A DNA stretch of 64,000 nucleotides from a bacterium. GTDB lineage: Bacteria > Patescibacteriota > Minisyncoccia > Phycocordibacterales > Phycocordibacteraceae. Positions 27,477-36,542 of the stretch are shown here, piece after piece. The notes under the pieces are model-generated. The model ran no database searches. It was not told the DNA's origin and worked only from the letters and a program-made list of their open reading frames with translations. The stretch's first letter is position 1. Every line of letters begins with the position of its first letter. The position numbers were made by a program, and so were the translations under genes. The stretch covers positions 21,136 through 85,135 of the forward strand of contig JAKBHL010000006.1 of NCBI GenBank assembly GCA_021836725.1, read 5' to 3'.

Positions 27477-29078
27477 ATGCTTTCGCTCAAAGAACAGCAG
27501 CGTCGGCTCTCCGTTAACGTTATTAATTACTCACTTGAGGGGATGTGGAGTTCTCACCCACTCATTTCAGAACTCAGAAAAAGGGTTTCTGCTTTTCTGC
27601 CTAAAGAAGGGATTTATGACCCTCAGGATCTTGAACATCAAGCGTTATTCAGGCTAACGACGTTCGACCCAAAAGTCATAAATGACGAGCTCATTCAGTT
27701 TGTTGTCCAAGAGCAATACGAGGTGGTGAAGGATCGCCTGAATAAACTCGATTACGATACGGAGTATCTATTCAGAGGGCTTACGGGGAAATACCACGAC
27801 CTTAATGTAAACGACCGCCTCGAACTGCGATGGGAAAATGAACAACTCATCGCCAAAAATGATCGGCGATCGTTTAATGTCGAATTCCGGACCGTGCATG
27901 ACGAAAACATTGTTTCCCTATTTTCTAACGAACTCCACTATATTCACCAGGACCGGCCCAAGGGAGAGACTTTCGGATTTTATTTCGTCGGCGACACTAT
28001 ACCGTGGGCGATAGAGACAACAGAACCTTCTGCGATTGCAAAGCAGTACAAGAGAGATGCTCTGCTTGCAAATGGGATAGATCCGAACAAAGCCATCGAA
28101 CTCACCCGATTCTACACATTGCCGGGCGCACCAGTAAATGCTATCTCACTGATGGACGGATTGGTGGCAAGACACTACAAACAAAAAGGCATTGAAGCGC
28201 TCTATACAACCACCATGCCGATGTACTCGAAAACGAAAGGGACTACAATAGCGGGTGGCGTCAACAAACCATTACTCGTCAAAGATCTGCGACATAAATT
28301 CATCCCGGAAAAAATAGACGGTAGGATATTCTATCGACACGTGACAACAATCCCGGAAGATCACAAAGAAATCGAAGTTATAAAAACACATCCGAATTTC
28401 CCGACCATGCTTGTTGTCGAAGTCTTCCGCACGTTAAATGATCCAGGATTAAAACCGATTCCCATACTCGAAGACAAGTCAAAGGTTATCTATGTCATCC
28501 AAAGAGACGGCGCGAAGCTTGAAGAAGAGGTCAAGCTCGCCGTGCAAGATATCCCGGCGGTACTCGCGAAAATCCGTTCTGTAGCGAAGTATGTCCGGAC
28601 CGAATACGTACGGGATGTGATCTATGGCACGAAAGATGAGAAAAAGAAGATCCGTCTGCGGATACAGGATAACTTCGAGTTCCGTCTCGTCGACGCCACC
28701 TACAAATATCGTGTAGCGGTCGAAGACGGGGTTAAGAAAGAGATTGAAGAGACCCTCTATAAAGGAAACTCTTGCGAAGATGCTCTGAAATTCATCGCTT
28801 CACAAGGCGACTTCGTCGAGGAGAATTCATATGAAAAAATAAGAACCGTCTTCATCAGCCCTCACGGTACCGAGATTACGCTTGATATCTATCCTTATGG
28901 AGCGTGGGTTGAGATTGAGGGCGAAACCCGCAAGATTCATGACGTCGCGAAACAACTCGGCTTTACACAGAAAGATTACATTGACACGGGTGCGGACGAT
29001 CTTTATCTCGCTTGGATAAAGAAATATAATCTCTCCGAGATGTGGGATGTTCGCTTCGGCTTGAGCGGCAATAAATAG
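27477..29078 (+). CDS. Fusion of an N-terminal GNAT-like domain and a C-terminal CYTH (triphosphate tunnel) domain
   Basis: C-term EEEVK, RLR, YEKIRT, ITLDIYPYGAWVEIEG (CYTH); N-term LHYIH...FGFY...IELTRFY..PGAP.NAIS. Confidence 0.8.
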   Translation: MLSLKEQQRRLSVNVINYSLEGMWSSHPLISELRKRVSAFLPKEGIYDPQDLEHQALFRLTTFDPKVINDELIQFVVQEQYEVVKDRLNKLDYDTEYLFRGLTGKYHDLNVNDRLELRWENEQLIAKNDRRSFNVEFRTVHDENIVSLFSNELHYIHQDRPKGETFGFYFVGDTIPWAIETTEPSAIAKQYKRDALLANGIDPNKAIELTRFYTLPGAPVNAISLMDGLVARHYKQKGIEALYTTTMPMYSKTKGTTIAGGVNKPLLVKDLRHKFIPEKIDGRIFYRHVTTIPEDHKEIEVIKTHPNFPTMLVVEVFRTLNDPGLKPIPILEDKSKVIYVIQRDGAKLEEEVKLAVQDIPAVLAKIRSVAKYVRTEYVRDVIYGTKDEKKKIRLRIQDNFEFRLVDATYKYRVAVEDGVKKEIEETLYKGNSCEDALKFIASQGDFVEENSYEKIRTVFISPHGTEITLDIYPYGAWVEIEGETRKIHDVAKQLGFTQKDYIDTGADDLYLAWIKKYNLSEMWDVRFGLSGNK

Positions 29079-29083
29079 CCTTC

Positions 29084-29161
29084 GCGCACGGCGGCACGAT
29101 CCGCGCCGAGTCCGAAGGGCAGGGCAAGGGCTCGACGTTTATCGCAGAATTTCCTGCTTAA
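29084..29161 (+). repeat. Displaced histidine kinase 3' end, copy C
   Basis: Encodes AHGGTIRAESEGQGKGSTFIAEFPA*; shares 41 identical bp with copy B. Confidence 0.9.
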
Positions 29162-29459
29162 TTAAACCCATTTTGGCTATGAAATTTTAGAAGTAGAGTT
29201 AATAGATCCTGATTTATTCTTTAGATACATACCGATGTAACGAAAGCGGCGTCACAACAAGAGGGTCCGAGGACTTATTTTGACGCCGTAGTTGAGATAC
29301 CCGTTTCGGAACCGGCCCAAAATCCCAATGACTTGAGCGGGCTTTGCGGCAATCCGCAGAATTGACCACGTTTCCTATTCGCAAAACACCCGTCGAATGG
29401 CGGGTGTTTTGCTTTTAAGCACCTACCAAGCGTGCTGTCCCGGCGTTATACTTTGATGC

Positions 29460-29687
29460 ATGAATCGAGCGAAATATCGTGGTTCCACAGGTCTCACTGT
29501 GCTCATCATTGTGGCGCTTATCGTTCTCGCGTTCATCTTCTTCGGCCCCGGTTCCGGCTCCAGTTCGTCCTCGAGCCCAAGCAGCATTTCGACGTCGACT
29601 CAACAATTGGTAGGCACGAGCACCGTTTCAAAGGCGCTCCAATTTAGTAACTGGCTCGCAAAAGAGTACGCACCGGCCAAGCACTAG
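29460..29687 (+). CDS. Small single-pass membrane protein (pilin-like N-terminus, Ser-rich)
   Basis: RGSTGLTVLIIVALIVLAFIFF. Confidence 0.6.
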   Translation: MNRAKYRGSTGLTVLIIVALIVLAFIFFGPGSGSSSSSSPSSISTSTQQLVGTSTVSKALQFSNWLAKEYAPAKH

Positions 29688-29750
29688 GGAAAGAAGCTAC
29701 TGCCGTAGCAGAGGAGAAAATCATAGGCGCATTGCGATATACTGCCGAGG

Positions 29751-30422
29751 ATGCAAACCGTCCTTATCACCGGTGCGACAAAAGGTATTGGGAAAGCGCT
29801 CGCGCAGAAGTTTCTGCGCGAAGGGTACCGCGTCTTCGCCACTTCGATGGAGGCTTTGGATTACGCGCATGAGGACCTGAAGGTATTTCCTCTTGATCTG
29901 CGTTCGCCAGAGAGCATCGCGGCATGCGCGTCCGAGATCGAGCAGACGCGCATGCCTGTCGACATCCTCATCAACAACGCGGGTGTGCTCCTCGACGAAG
30001 ATGAGACGATGCTCGTTCCGGAAAGGTTGCGCGCGACGCTCGAGGTGAACCTCATCGGAACCGCCGCATTCACCGAGGCGATCCTGCCGTTCGTGAGCGC
30101 GCAGGGAAGCATCGTTATGATCTCTTCGACCGCGGGCTCGCTCGCGCTCGTCGACCACCCCTCCTCCCACTACCCGCGCCACTACCCGGCGTACAAGATC
30201 TCGAAGGCCGCACTCAACATGTACATGCGCACCTTGGCACTGCGCCTCGGTGACACCGGCATCACCGTCTTCTCGGTTCACCCGGGGTGGGTCAGGACGG
30301 ATATGGGCGGCGAAGAGGCGGACCTCGCGCCCGAAGAGGCGGCGGAAGGCCTGTACGAGACGATCATCTCACGCCCGCAAACGGGCGGCTTCTACTTTAA
30401 AAAAGAACGGTTGCCGTGGTAG
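29751..30422 (+). CDS. Short-chain dehydrogenase/reductase
   Basis: TGATKGIG, LINNAG, YKISK, HPGWVRTDMGG. Confidence 0.95.
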   Translation: MQTVLITGATKGIGKALAQKFLREGYRVFATSMEALDYAHEDLKVFPLDLRSPESIAACASEIEQTRMPVDILINNAGVLLDEDETMLVPERLRATLEVNLIGTAAFTEAILPFVSAQGSIVMISSTAGSLALVDHPSSHYPRHYPAYKISKAALNMYMRTLALRLGDTGITVFSVHPGWVRTDMGGEEADLAPEEAAEGLYETIISRPQTGGFYFKKERLPW

Positions 30423-30573
30423 CAAAATCCATCGGCTTTGCGCTGGTCAACACCGCGCAAGGGCTCTCACTTTTAGAAATGGTTAATTGTCCTACTGGGC
30501 TCCGCCGGATAGAGGATGTTCTAACTCGTGATGTATAAAACAATATCAAGATTTAATGTTATACTGCTGATCT

Positions 30574-30855
30574 ATGCACCAAGTTGACGTAAATTTGCCC
30601 GTGGTCTTTATTGGAGACAATGACAAAGTCGTTGCGTATACTCCTGCCCTTGATATTTCTACCGTAGGGAAAGACGAGACTGAAGCAAAGGCTCGATTTA
30701 GTGAGATGGTAAATATTTTTTTCGCAGATCTCGTAGAAAATAGCACTATTGATGATGTATTGTCTGAGCTTGGTTGGGTTAAAGAGCAGCAAAAGTGGAA
30801 TCCCCCGGCCATTTCTCAACAATCTATAAATGTAAAGATCTCTGCTTTCGCATAG
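30574..30855 (+). CDS. HicB-like antitoxin
   Basis: VAYTPALDISTVGKDETEA...F.E...IF...L.ELGW. Confidence 0.8.
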   Translation: MHQVDVNLPVVFIGDNDKVVAYTPALDISTVGKDETEAKARFSEMVNIFFADLVENSTIDDVLSELGWVKEQQKWNPPAISQQSINVKISAFA

Positions 30856-30865
30856 TCCATACTTT

Positions 30866-30928
30866 ATGGACAAGATCGGGAAAGTTGATTGGAAACGATT
30901 CGAGAAATTTCTTTTCAAAATTTGTTGA
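30866..30928 (+). pseudogene. Truncated HicA-like toxin N-terminus
   Basis: MDKIGKVDWKRFEKFLFKIC* directly after the hicB-like gene, ending just before the tRNA-end repeat. Confidence 0.55.
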
Positions 30929-31369
30929 GATTATTAAGAGGCTCTAGCTCCGGGAGCAGGACCATGGGTACATTTCTCGAAGCTTACAGCTTCAGTACAC
31001 CTTGCGGATACATTCGTCGCAGACTCCTCAGTATGCTCGCAAGGTCTTCGAGTCCTGCACGGAAGCGCCCCACGCTTCCTTCCCGTCGCAGTAACAAAAA
31101 CACCCGAAAGGGTGTTTTTGTTACTGCTCCCTCTCTATATCGCAAATATACCAATCCTGTTGGATGTAAATATGCTTGCAGATCTCACACAGCGAAGACG
31201 GGTGGTGCGGGGCAGGTGAAAACAGGAACCGCTCAAGCAAACGCGGTGTCTGTTCGAGCGGCGGGCGAATCTTCCCGCGAGTTCGACGGAGACGAAGGGA
31301 CAGACGGTAGTGAATATATTCCAAGACAAAAGATAGAGCCGTCCGACAGAGCGAACGGCTCGCAACCTC

Positions 31370-32128
31370 CTAGTGATTTCCGCTGAAGAAGTCATAAATG
31401 GCGTCAGCAAACACTTCATGAGCTTTTGGCGTCTTTATGCCGTAGAGTCTCCTGAAATCGTGATCTGCCCCTGGTATGACGCGCGTGGACACCTGAGCCT
31501 TTCTGGCATGTGTGCAAATCGCAAAAGAAGATTCTCTTGGCACGACTGTGTCCTCGTCGCCATACAGCAAAAACAACTCGCCGACGAAACGACTCGCTGC
31601 GGCAAATATCGCCTCCGAATCCGACATCGTCGAGATAACAGACTGTTTCGAGCGACCCCGGTTCGAAGGCGGCGCACAGAGCGACAACCTCTGTATCTCC
31701 GGGAACTTCGCCGAAGCCATCAGCGCTACCGTACCGCCAATCGACATTCCGTGTACGTACAAGGCTAATTCCAGCGGGTTGATATTGAAACTCCCTTGAG
31801 CGCGATCTTTTACGTATCGGATGACAGCACATAGGTCATTCAACTCTTCGTCGAAGGTCTTACCCGCAAACGCCGCGGCTCGAGTCTCAAAACTGCTTCT
31901 CGGTGGGAACGAGAATGCGCGAGACGAATTGTAGAACACGACATGACTGACACTTCTTTCAATGAGCAAACCACCGAGCGTGCGAACGCCGCACGCATAC
32001 GCCGGGTCAAACACTCCGAATAATTCGTTACAAATAATCGTTACGGCCGGCGTATACCGCTCTGGAGCATACCAATAGACCTCTACCGGTCTTGGGCGGT
32101 ATGCGCCACCCAGCTGCACAATGTCCAT
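31370..32128 (-). CDS. Alpha/beta hydrolase
   Basis: HGMSIGG nucleophile elbow, YGDEDTVVP, GADH. Confidence 0.85.
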   Translation of the reverse strand: MDIVQLGGAYRPRPVEVYWYAPERYTPAVTIICNELFGVFDPAYACGVRTLGGLLIERSVSHVVFYNSSRAFSFPPRSSFETRAAAFAGKTFDEELNDLCAVIRYVKDRAQGSFNINPLELALYVHGMSIGGTVALMASAKFPEIQRLSLCAPPSNRGRSKQSVISTMSDSEAIFAAASRFVGELFLLYGDEDTVVPRESSFAICTHARKAQVSTRVIPGADHDFRRLYGIKTPKAHEVFADAIYDFFSGNH

Positions 32129-32204
32129 AAGATATCACCTCCACAGTGATGAACCCATAGCGGAGGGTATCACTGCCGAAGAGATAGTCAATCAGATTTG
32201 CTCG

Positions 32205-32924
32205 CTATTTTCCCGTCAACGCAAGGAACCTGGCAAGGGGAGCAGCGCGATCGAATGGTCCGCCTCCTCCATCGATAAAAGCCAGGTTGTGGCTCGCCCC
32301 TGCGAATGTGCAAGTAATGAGCACTCGTGCCTGCTGCGCCGCTGCGATAATCTTATCTTGTGAGGATCGCGGGACTACCGCGTCTTTACCGCCACGGACG
32401 AATATAAACGCGCCCGTGAATCCCGCGAGGTTTTTGAGAAGCACTGCTTCTTCTGGAAGAGTTTGCAGGAGCGGCTTCTCAGTCGCGGGGCTCTTACCGC
32501 AACCGCTGCCGATCATGAGTATCGTCTCTGCACGACGTATGAGCTCGGGGACGCCAAGCACAGTTGTACCGCCGAATGAATTGCCGACGATAATCAGCCG
32601 ATCATCTTCCGTACATACGCCAAGCGCAATAAGCTCTGTATACGCCGCGTGCACATCCTCACATTCTTCGGCAAACGTCTTGCCAATAAATGCATCTGCT
32701 CCGTCCGCATCAGGTAAGCGTGCGGTATTTATGCAGACAATCGTATAAGTATCATTCATGTGCTCGGCCAAACCCGCCTCAAGAGAAGCGTTGTCTTGAG
32801 GATTGTGCACACTATAGAGTCCTTTCAGGAAAAGTATGGTGCCCTGCTTTCCCCCTGTTGCCGGGTAGATGAACAACTCAATGAGTAATTGCTTGAAGGA
32901 GGACTGCAGCGTATGCCTGCGCAT
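32205..32924 (-). CDS. Alpha/beta hydrolase
   Basis: GNSFGG, RGGKDAVVP, GASH; start reassigned to MRRHTL. Confidence 0.85.
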   Translation of the reverse strand: MRRHTLQSSFKQLLIELFIYPATGGKQGTILFLKGLYSVHNPQDNASLEAGLAEHMNDTYTIVCINTARLPDADGADAFIGKTFAEECEDVHAAYTELIALGVCTEDDRLIIVGNSFGGTTVLGVPELIRRAETILMIGSGCGKSPATEKPLLQTLPEEAVLLKNLAGFTGAFIFVRGGKDAVVPRSSQDKIIAAAQQARVLITCTFAGASHNLAFIDGGGGPFDRAAPLARFLALTGK

Positions 32925-32979
32925 CGCGCATACTGTATCACAAAAACCCGGCCGATTGCTCGGCCGGGAATCATCCTGC

Positions 32980-34188
32980 TTAACGGAACTGAGGCACTTC
33001 ACCGCTATCAACCAAAGACACATCATTACCCAGCTGTTCTTGCGCGGATACCGCAAAACGATAAATCGTTTGCGGGAACCATGCGGTATCCCACCCACGG
33101 ATACCACGGTGATACTCACGGACTGCAGCCGCCACGTCGCCATACGTGTCACCGAAGTATCGGCAGAATGCTCTGACCATTCGTGAAAGAAGGTATCGGC
33201 CGATCATTCCGTCAAATACGTGACTGTACTGAGACGCGATTGTCGTACCCTCTTCCTCGCCTGCGATATGTTTATCAAACTCCGGCAGACCAAGTGATCG
33301 CCGAATTGCGCTATCACTGTACGTCCCTTGGAAGTCTCGATAGATCGCTCGACGGATGGTGAGGTCCGGTCCTATCTCTGCGAGTGTGTTCTGACCATGC
33401 AGCTCGGGAAGAATGCCCCGACGCGACATGAGCAGCACCCATGATTCAAGGATCGGTCCAACGATGTCTTTGACGAAGTAATCACGCGGACGACGAGGGG
33501 CATGCAGCTTAGTCATCTGCACTAGTAACGGTTCGTCCGCGGGCGCAAACGGATCTGGTGCGTACAACGAATGGTACGGCATGAGTATCCGTTGTTCCTG
33601 AATCTGAGGAAACGCAATTGTCTCGCGGAACAATACGCCAGATCCTTCATACGTCCCCTGACTCAATACTATGCCGAGCGATTCCGGTAAAAATCCGAAT
33701 CGAACTCCTGCCGGCAATGACACTGCAAAATCACGCAAGTCCGCACAGATGCCGATACTGTGCTCGACCGAACTCCGACGCAGGCGGCGAACGAAGCGAA
33801 AGTGCTTCTTGTCCAGATCCGTTTTGATGTATATGCGCGGTCTTTGTTCTGTGAGCACAGTACGCGTTGAACTCGTCGGTTGCGCCTTGACCGCGCCAGC
33901 AATCTTCAAACCAGGACGCTGTACGTCCGGATGCCAGAAAAACTTATACGACCCGGCAACCTCGACCCAGTTCAGGAGAAACTGTGGAGCTTGAGATTCA
34001 AATACCGCGCAGTTGTGCTTGGACACCAACGCGAATGGGAAAGATATCGTAGCGGTACTCCCTTGCGGATCGTACCTCGGATCCACCTCAGAATAGTCGC
34101 TGAAGTTTCCTTTAGTATCGTTCAGGTACCGTTCTCCATAGATAGTTCGCGTGAGCGGAGCGCCCACGATGATCTGTCGCAGTTCCAT
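32980..34188 (-). CDS. IucA/IucC (NIS synthetase)-like protein, compact
   Basis: FFWHP, QPTSSTRTV, YIKT, ELHGQNTL and YRDFQG motifs. Confidence 0.7.
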   Translation of the reverse strand: MELRQIIVGAPLTRTIYGERYLNDTKGNFSDYSEVDPRYDPQGSTATISFPFALVSKHNCAVFESQAPQFLLNWVEVAGSYKFFWHPDVQRPGLKIAGAVKAQPTSSTRTVLTEQRPRIYIKTDLDKKHFRFVRRLRRSSVEHSIGICADLRDFAVSLPAGVRFGFLPESLGIVLSQGTYEGSGVLFRETIAFPQIQEQRILMPYHSLYAPDPFAPADEPLLVQMTKLHAPRRPRDYFVKDIVGPILESWVLLMSRRGILPELHGQNTLAEIGPDLTIRRAIYRDFQGTYSDSAIRRSLGLPEFDKHIAGEEEGTTIASQYSHVFDGMIGRYLLSRMVRAFCRYFGDTYGDVAAAVREYHRGIRGWDTAWFPQTIYRFAVSAQEQLGNDVSLVDSGEVPQFR

Positions 34189-34354
34189 ATTCCTACCCTC
34201 ACAATGTGCTGTTGAAACTGAGGATATCTTTACTATTGTATCGGCGCAATGTCAACGGGTCGTACTGGTTCAGTGTCAGAAGAAACGGAAGCGCCCCACG
34301 CTTCCTTCCCGTCGCAGTAACATAAAACCGCCTCGTGGCGGTTTTAGCGTTCTG

Positions 34355-34426
34355 CTCCGGGAGCAGGACTCGAACCTGCAACCAACGCCTTAACAGGGCG
34401 CTGCTCTACCATTGAGCTATCCCGGA
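34355..34426 (-). tRNA. tRNA-Asn (GTT)
   Basis: TCCGGGA/TCCCGGA acceptor, TAGCTCAATGGTAGAGC D-arm, CTGTTAA anticodon loop, GGTTCGAGTCC T-arm. Confidence 0.95.
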
Positions 34427-34501
34427 ATGTGTCTCTAACGAACCTCCGCATTCTAGCGTAAACATCCTGTGCCGCAAAGTGGCATGAGGTATACTCTCCG
34501 A

Positions 34502-34981
34502 ATGGCCCTAACACTTACGAGCACTGCATTTGCGGATAATGAGAAGATTCCTGCAAAATATACCTGCGATGGCGAGCGTTTGCTCGCGCCGCCGCTCTCC
34601 ATTTCTGGCGTACCGGCGGGGACGAAATCGCTTGCGCTCATCATGGACGACCCCGACATCCCGACAGTAGCGAAAAAAGCACGCGGCATCGAAGAGCTCA
34701 ATCATTGGGTGCTCTATAACATTCCCGCTGCCACGATTGAAATTCCGGAAGGCGGCGCTTTGGGCGACACCGGCAAAAACGGTATCGGGACCGCCGCGTA
34801 CATAGGCCCTTGTCCGCCGCCCGAACACGAACCGTCCGAGCATCGCTACATTTTTACGCTCTATGCACTTTCGGGGACGGTTAGCTTTGCCACACCGCCA
34901 GCAAAAGCGGAGCTCGTCGCGGCGATCACGCCGCTTGTGATTGAGCAAGCGACACTCACCGGCCGTTACTCCCGAAAATAA
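34502..34981 (+). CDS. YbhB/YbcL (PEBP/Raf kinase inhibitor-like) protein
   Basis: IPAKYTCDG, LIMDDPD, HWVLYNIP, YIGPCPP, HRYIFTLYAL. Confidence 0.93.
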   Translation: MALTLTSTAFADNEKIPAKYTCDGERLLAPPLSISGVPAGTKSLALIMDDPDIPTVAKKARGIEELNHWVLYNIPAATIEIPEGGALGDTGKNGIGTAAYIGPCPPPEHEPSEHRYIFTLYALSGTVSFATPPAKAELVAAITPLVIEQATLTGRYSRK

Positions 34982-34983
34982 TC

Positions 34984-35223
34984 ATGCTGATCCTCTACTC
35001 CCGGCCGACATGCCCGTTCTGCCACAGAGTGCTCGACACGGCCGGAGAACTCGGTCTCACCCTTGAGAAAAAAGATATTGCCGATCCGGCAATCGCCGCC
35101 GAACTCCTCGAACGAGGCGGCAAGCAGCAGGTGCCGTATCTCGTCGATACCGCGCGCGGCGTGGAGATGTATGAATCGATGGATATCGACGCCTATCTAC
35201 GCGCGCAGTACGCGAAATCCTGA
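34984..35223 (+). CDS. Glutaredoxin / GST N-terminal domain protein
   Basis: CPFC, GGKQQVPYLVD, MYES.DI. Confidence 0.9.
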   Translation: MLILYSRPTCPFCHRVLDTAGELGLTLEKKDIADPAIAAELLERGGKQQVPYLVDTARGVEMYESMDIDAYLRAQYAKS

Positions 35224-35438
35224 TGTACCTCAAGGTATTCGTCACGCCGGGCGCCAAACGCGAACGCGTCGAAGAAAAAGGAGAGACGCTCGTGATCTCA
35301 GTGCGGGAGGCGGCGCAAGGGAATCAGGCGAACGCGCGGGTGCGCGCGATCGTCGCCGCGCGATTTGACGTACCGTTCGGGAAAGTACGAGTTCTCGCCG
35401 GTCACCGCTCGCGTTCGAAGATGCTCAGCATCGGCTAA
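35223..35438 (+). CDS. DUF167/YggU family protein
   Basis: VTPGAK...V...A..N.AN...G..SR.K. Confidence 0.85.
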   Translation: MYLKVFVTPGAKRERVEEKGETLVISVREAAQGNQANARVRAIVAARFDVPFGKVRVLAGHRSRSKMLSIG

Positions 35439-35461
35439 TGAAAGAAACCGCCGCAGCTTTG

Positions 35462-36043
35462 CTACGGCGGTTTTCTCATGCTTTCTTTCCGCTGCTGCGC
35501 GCTGCCCTTGAGGTACGCGAGTAGCGTATCCGCGTCCGACACCTCGAAAGGATCATCAGGACAATCATCGGAGAATCCCGGCTCGCTGAAAAGCTTCTTG
35601 ATGATGCCGTCCTCTACGAACATGCTGTAGCGCCAGGAGCGCTCGCCGAAACCGAGATTTTCTTTTTTCACGAGCATACCCATGCCGCGCGCAAACTCGC
35701 CGTTGCCGTCAGGGAGCATCTTCACTTTCTTCACGCCGAGCTTGTCAGCCCACTGCTTCATGACGAATGCGTCATTTACCGAGAGGCAATAGACCTCGTC
35801 GATGCCGAGCATTTTGAATTCGTCATATTTCGCTTCGAAGCCGGGAAGATGCGTCGACGAGCAGGTCGGCGTAAAAGCGCCCGGGAGCCCGAAGACGACG
35901 ATCTTTTTACCGTTAAAGATTTCACTCGAGGAAACGTCCTGCCAGCGATAGGGATTGTCGCCGCCGACAGACTCGTCGCGCACGCGGGTCTTGAAAGTCA
36001 CTTCCGGCACTCGCACGCCTTCTTTGCGCAGTTCATGAGCCAT
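35462..36043 (-). CDS. Peroxiredoxin (Prx5/AhpE-like redoxin)
   Basis: LPGAFTPTCSSTHLPG, SVNDAFVM, RSWRYSM. Confidence 0.95.
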   Translation of the reverse strand: MAHELRKEGVRVPEVTFKTRVRDESVGGDNPYRWQDVSSSEIFNGKKIVVFGLPGAFTPTCSSTHLPGFEAKYDEFKMLGIDEVYCLSVNDAFVMKQWADKLGVKKVKMLPDGNGEFARGMGMLVKKENLGFGERSWRYSMFVEDGIIKKLFSEPGFSDDCPDDPFEVSDADTLLAYLKGSAQQRKESMRKPP

Positions 36044-36179
36044 AAGTCAGATAAGGTTACATCGGTCGCAATTGGTAAAAGTTGTGCACGTAGCATAGCA
36101 AAAGCTCCGAGTGAGGCAAGATTCTTACCCCGGGCGGCGTACTAATGCGTGATACCATTGAGTCGTAACAGAACCTGCC

Positions 36180-36542
36180 ATGAACACCATCATCAAATCG
36201 GCCAAGTATGAACTCACCTCCGAGACAGAAGCGCTCCTGAAAGAAAAGCTCGAAGCTCCGCTCCGGCTTCTTGGAGAAGAGGCTGACAGAGCATTGCTCG
36301 AGATAGAAATAGAACATGCGCCGCCGGAAGGGCGTTCGGCCGAACCGACGCGTCTTGTCGCGCGGCTGAGCGCCGCCGGAAAAGTCTTTCACGCCGAAGC
36401 GGTGAAGCCGACGCCCGAAAGCGCGGCCGACAGGGTGCGGAGCGAACTTGAAGCGGAAATACGCCGGTCGCGCGGCCGCGCGCGCCGCCTGGTGCGCGCG
36501 GGGAGCGCGAGGATAAAAAAGATGCTGCGTTTTGAACGCTAA
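36180..36542 (+). CDS. Ribosome hibernation factor HPF/RaiA-like
   Basis: MN..IK...ELT...K...; AEA......A.D.V..EL...I.R. Confidence 0.75.
   Translation: MNTIIKSAKYELTSETEALLKEKLEAPLRLLGEEADRALLEIEIEHAPPEGRSAEPTRLVARLSAAGKVFHAEAVKPTPESAADRVRSELEAEIRRSRGRARRLVRAGSARIKKMLRFER

Larger units (their letters stand above)
30947..34369. mobile_element. Integrase-free genomic islet at the tRNA-Asn 3' end
   Basis: GCTCCGGGAGCAGGAC at 30947-30962 and 34354-34369; extra 38-bp direct repeat at 31059-31096 and 34285-34322. Confidence 0.75.

Noticed and set aside
26260-29161. Kinase-end repeats as a diversity-generating retroelement TR/VR pair
   Set aside because: Differences are mostly synonymous or conservative and not confined to adenines; no reverse transcriptase in the window.
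30889-31386. 165-aa ORF across the islet border
   Set aside because: It spans the att repeat, structured element and terminator, and has no protein motifs.
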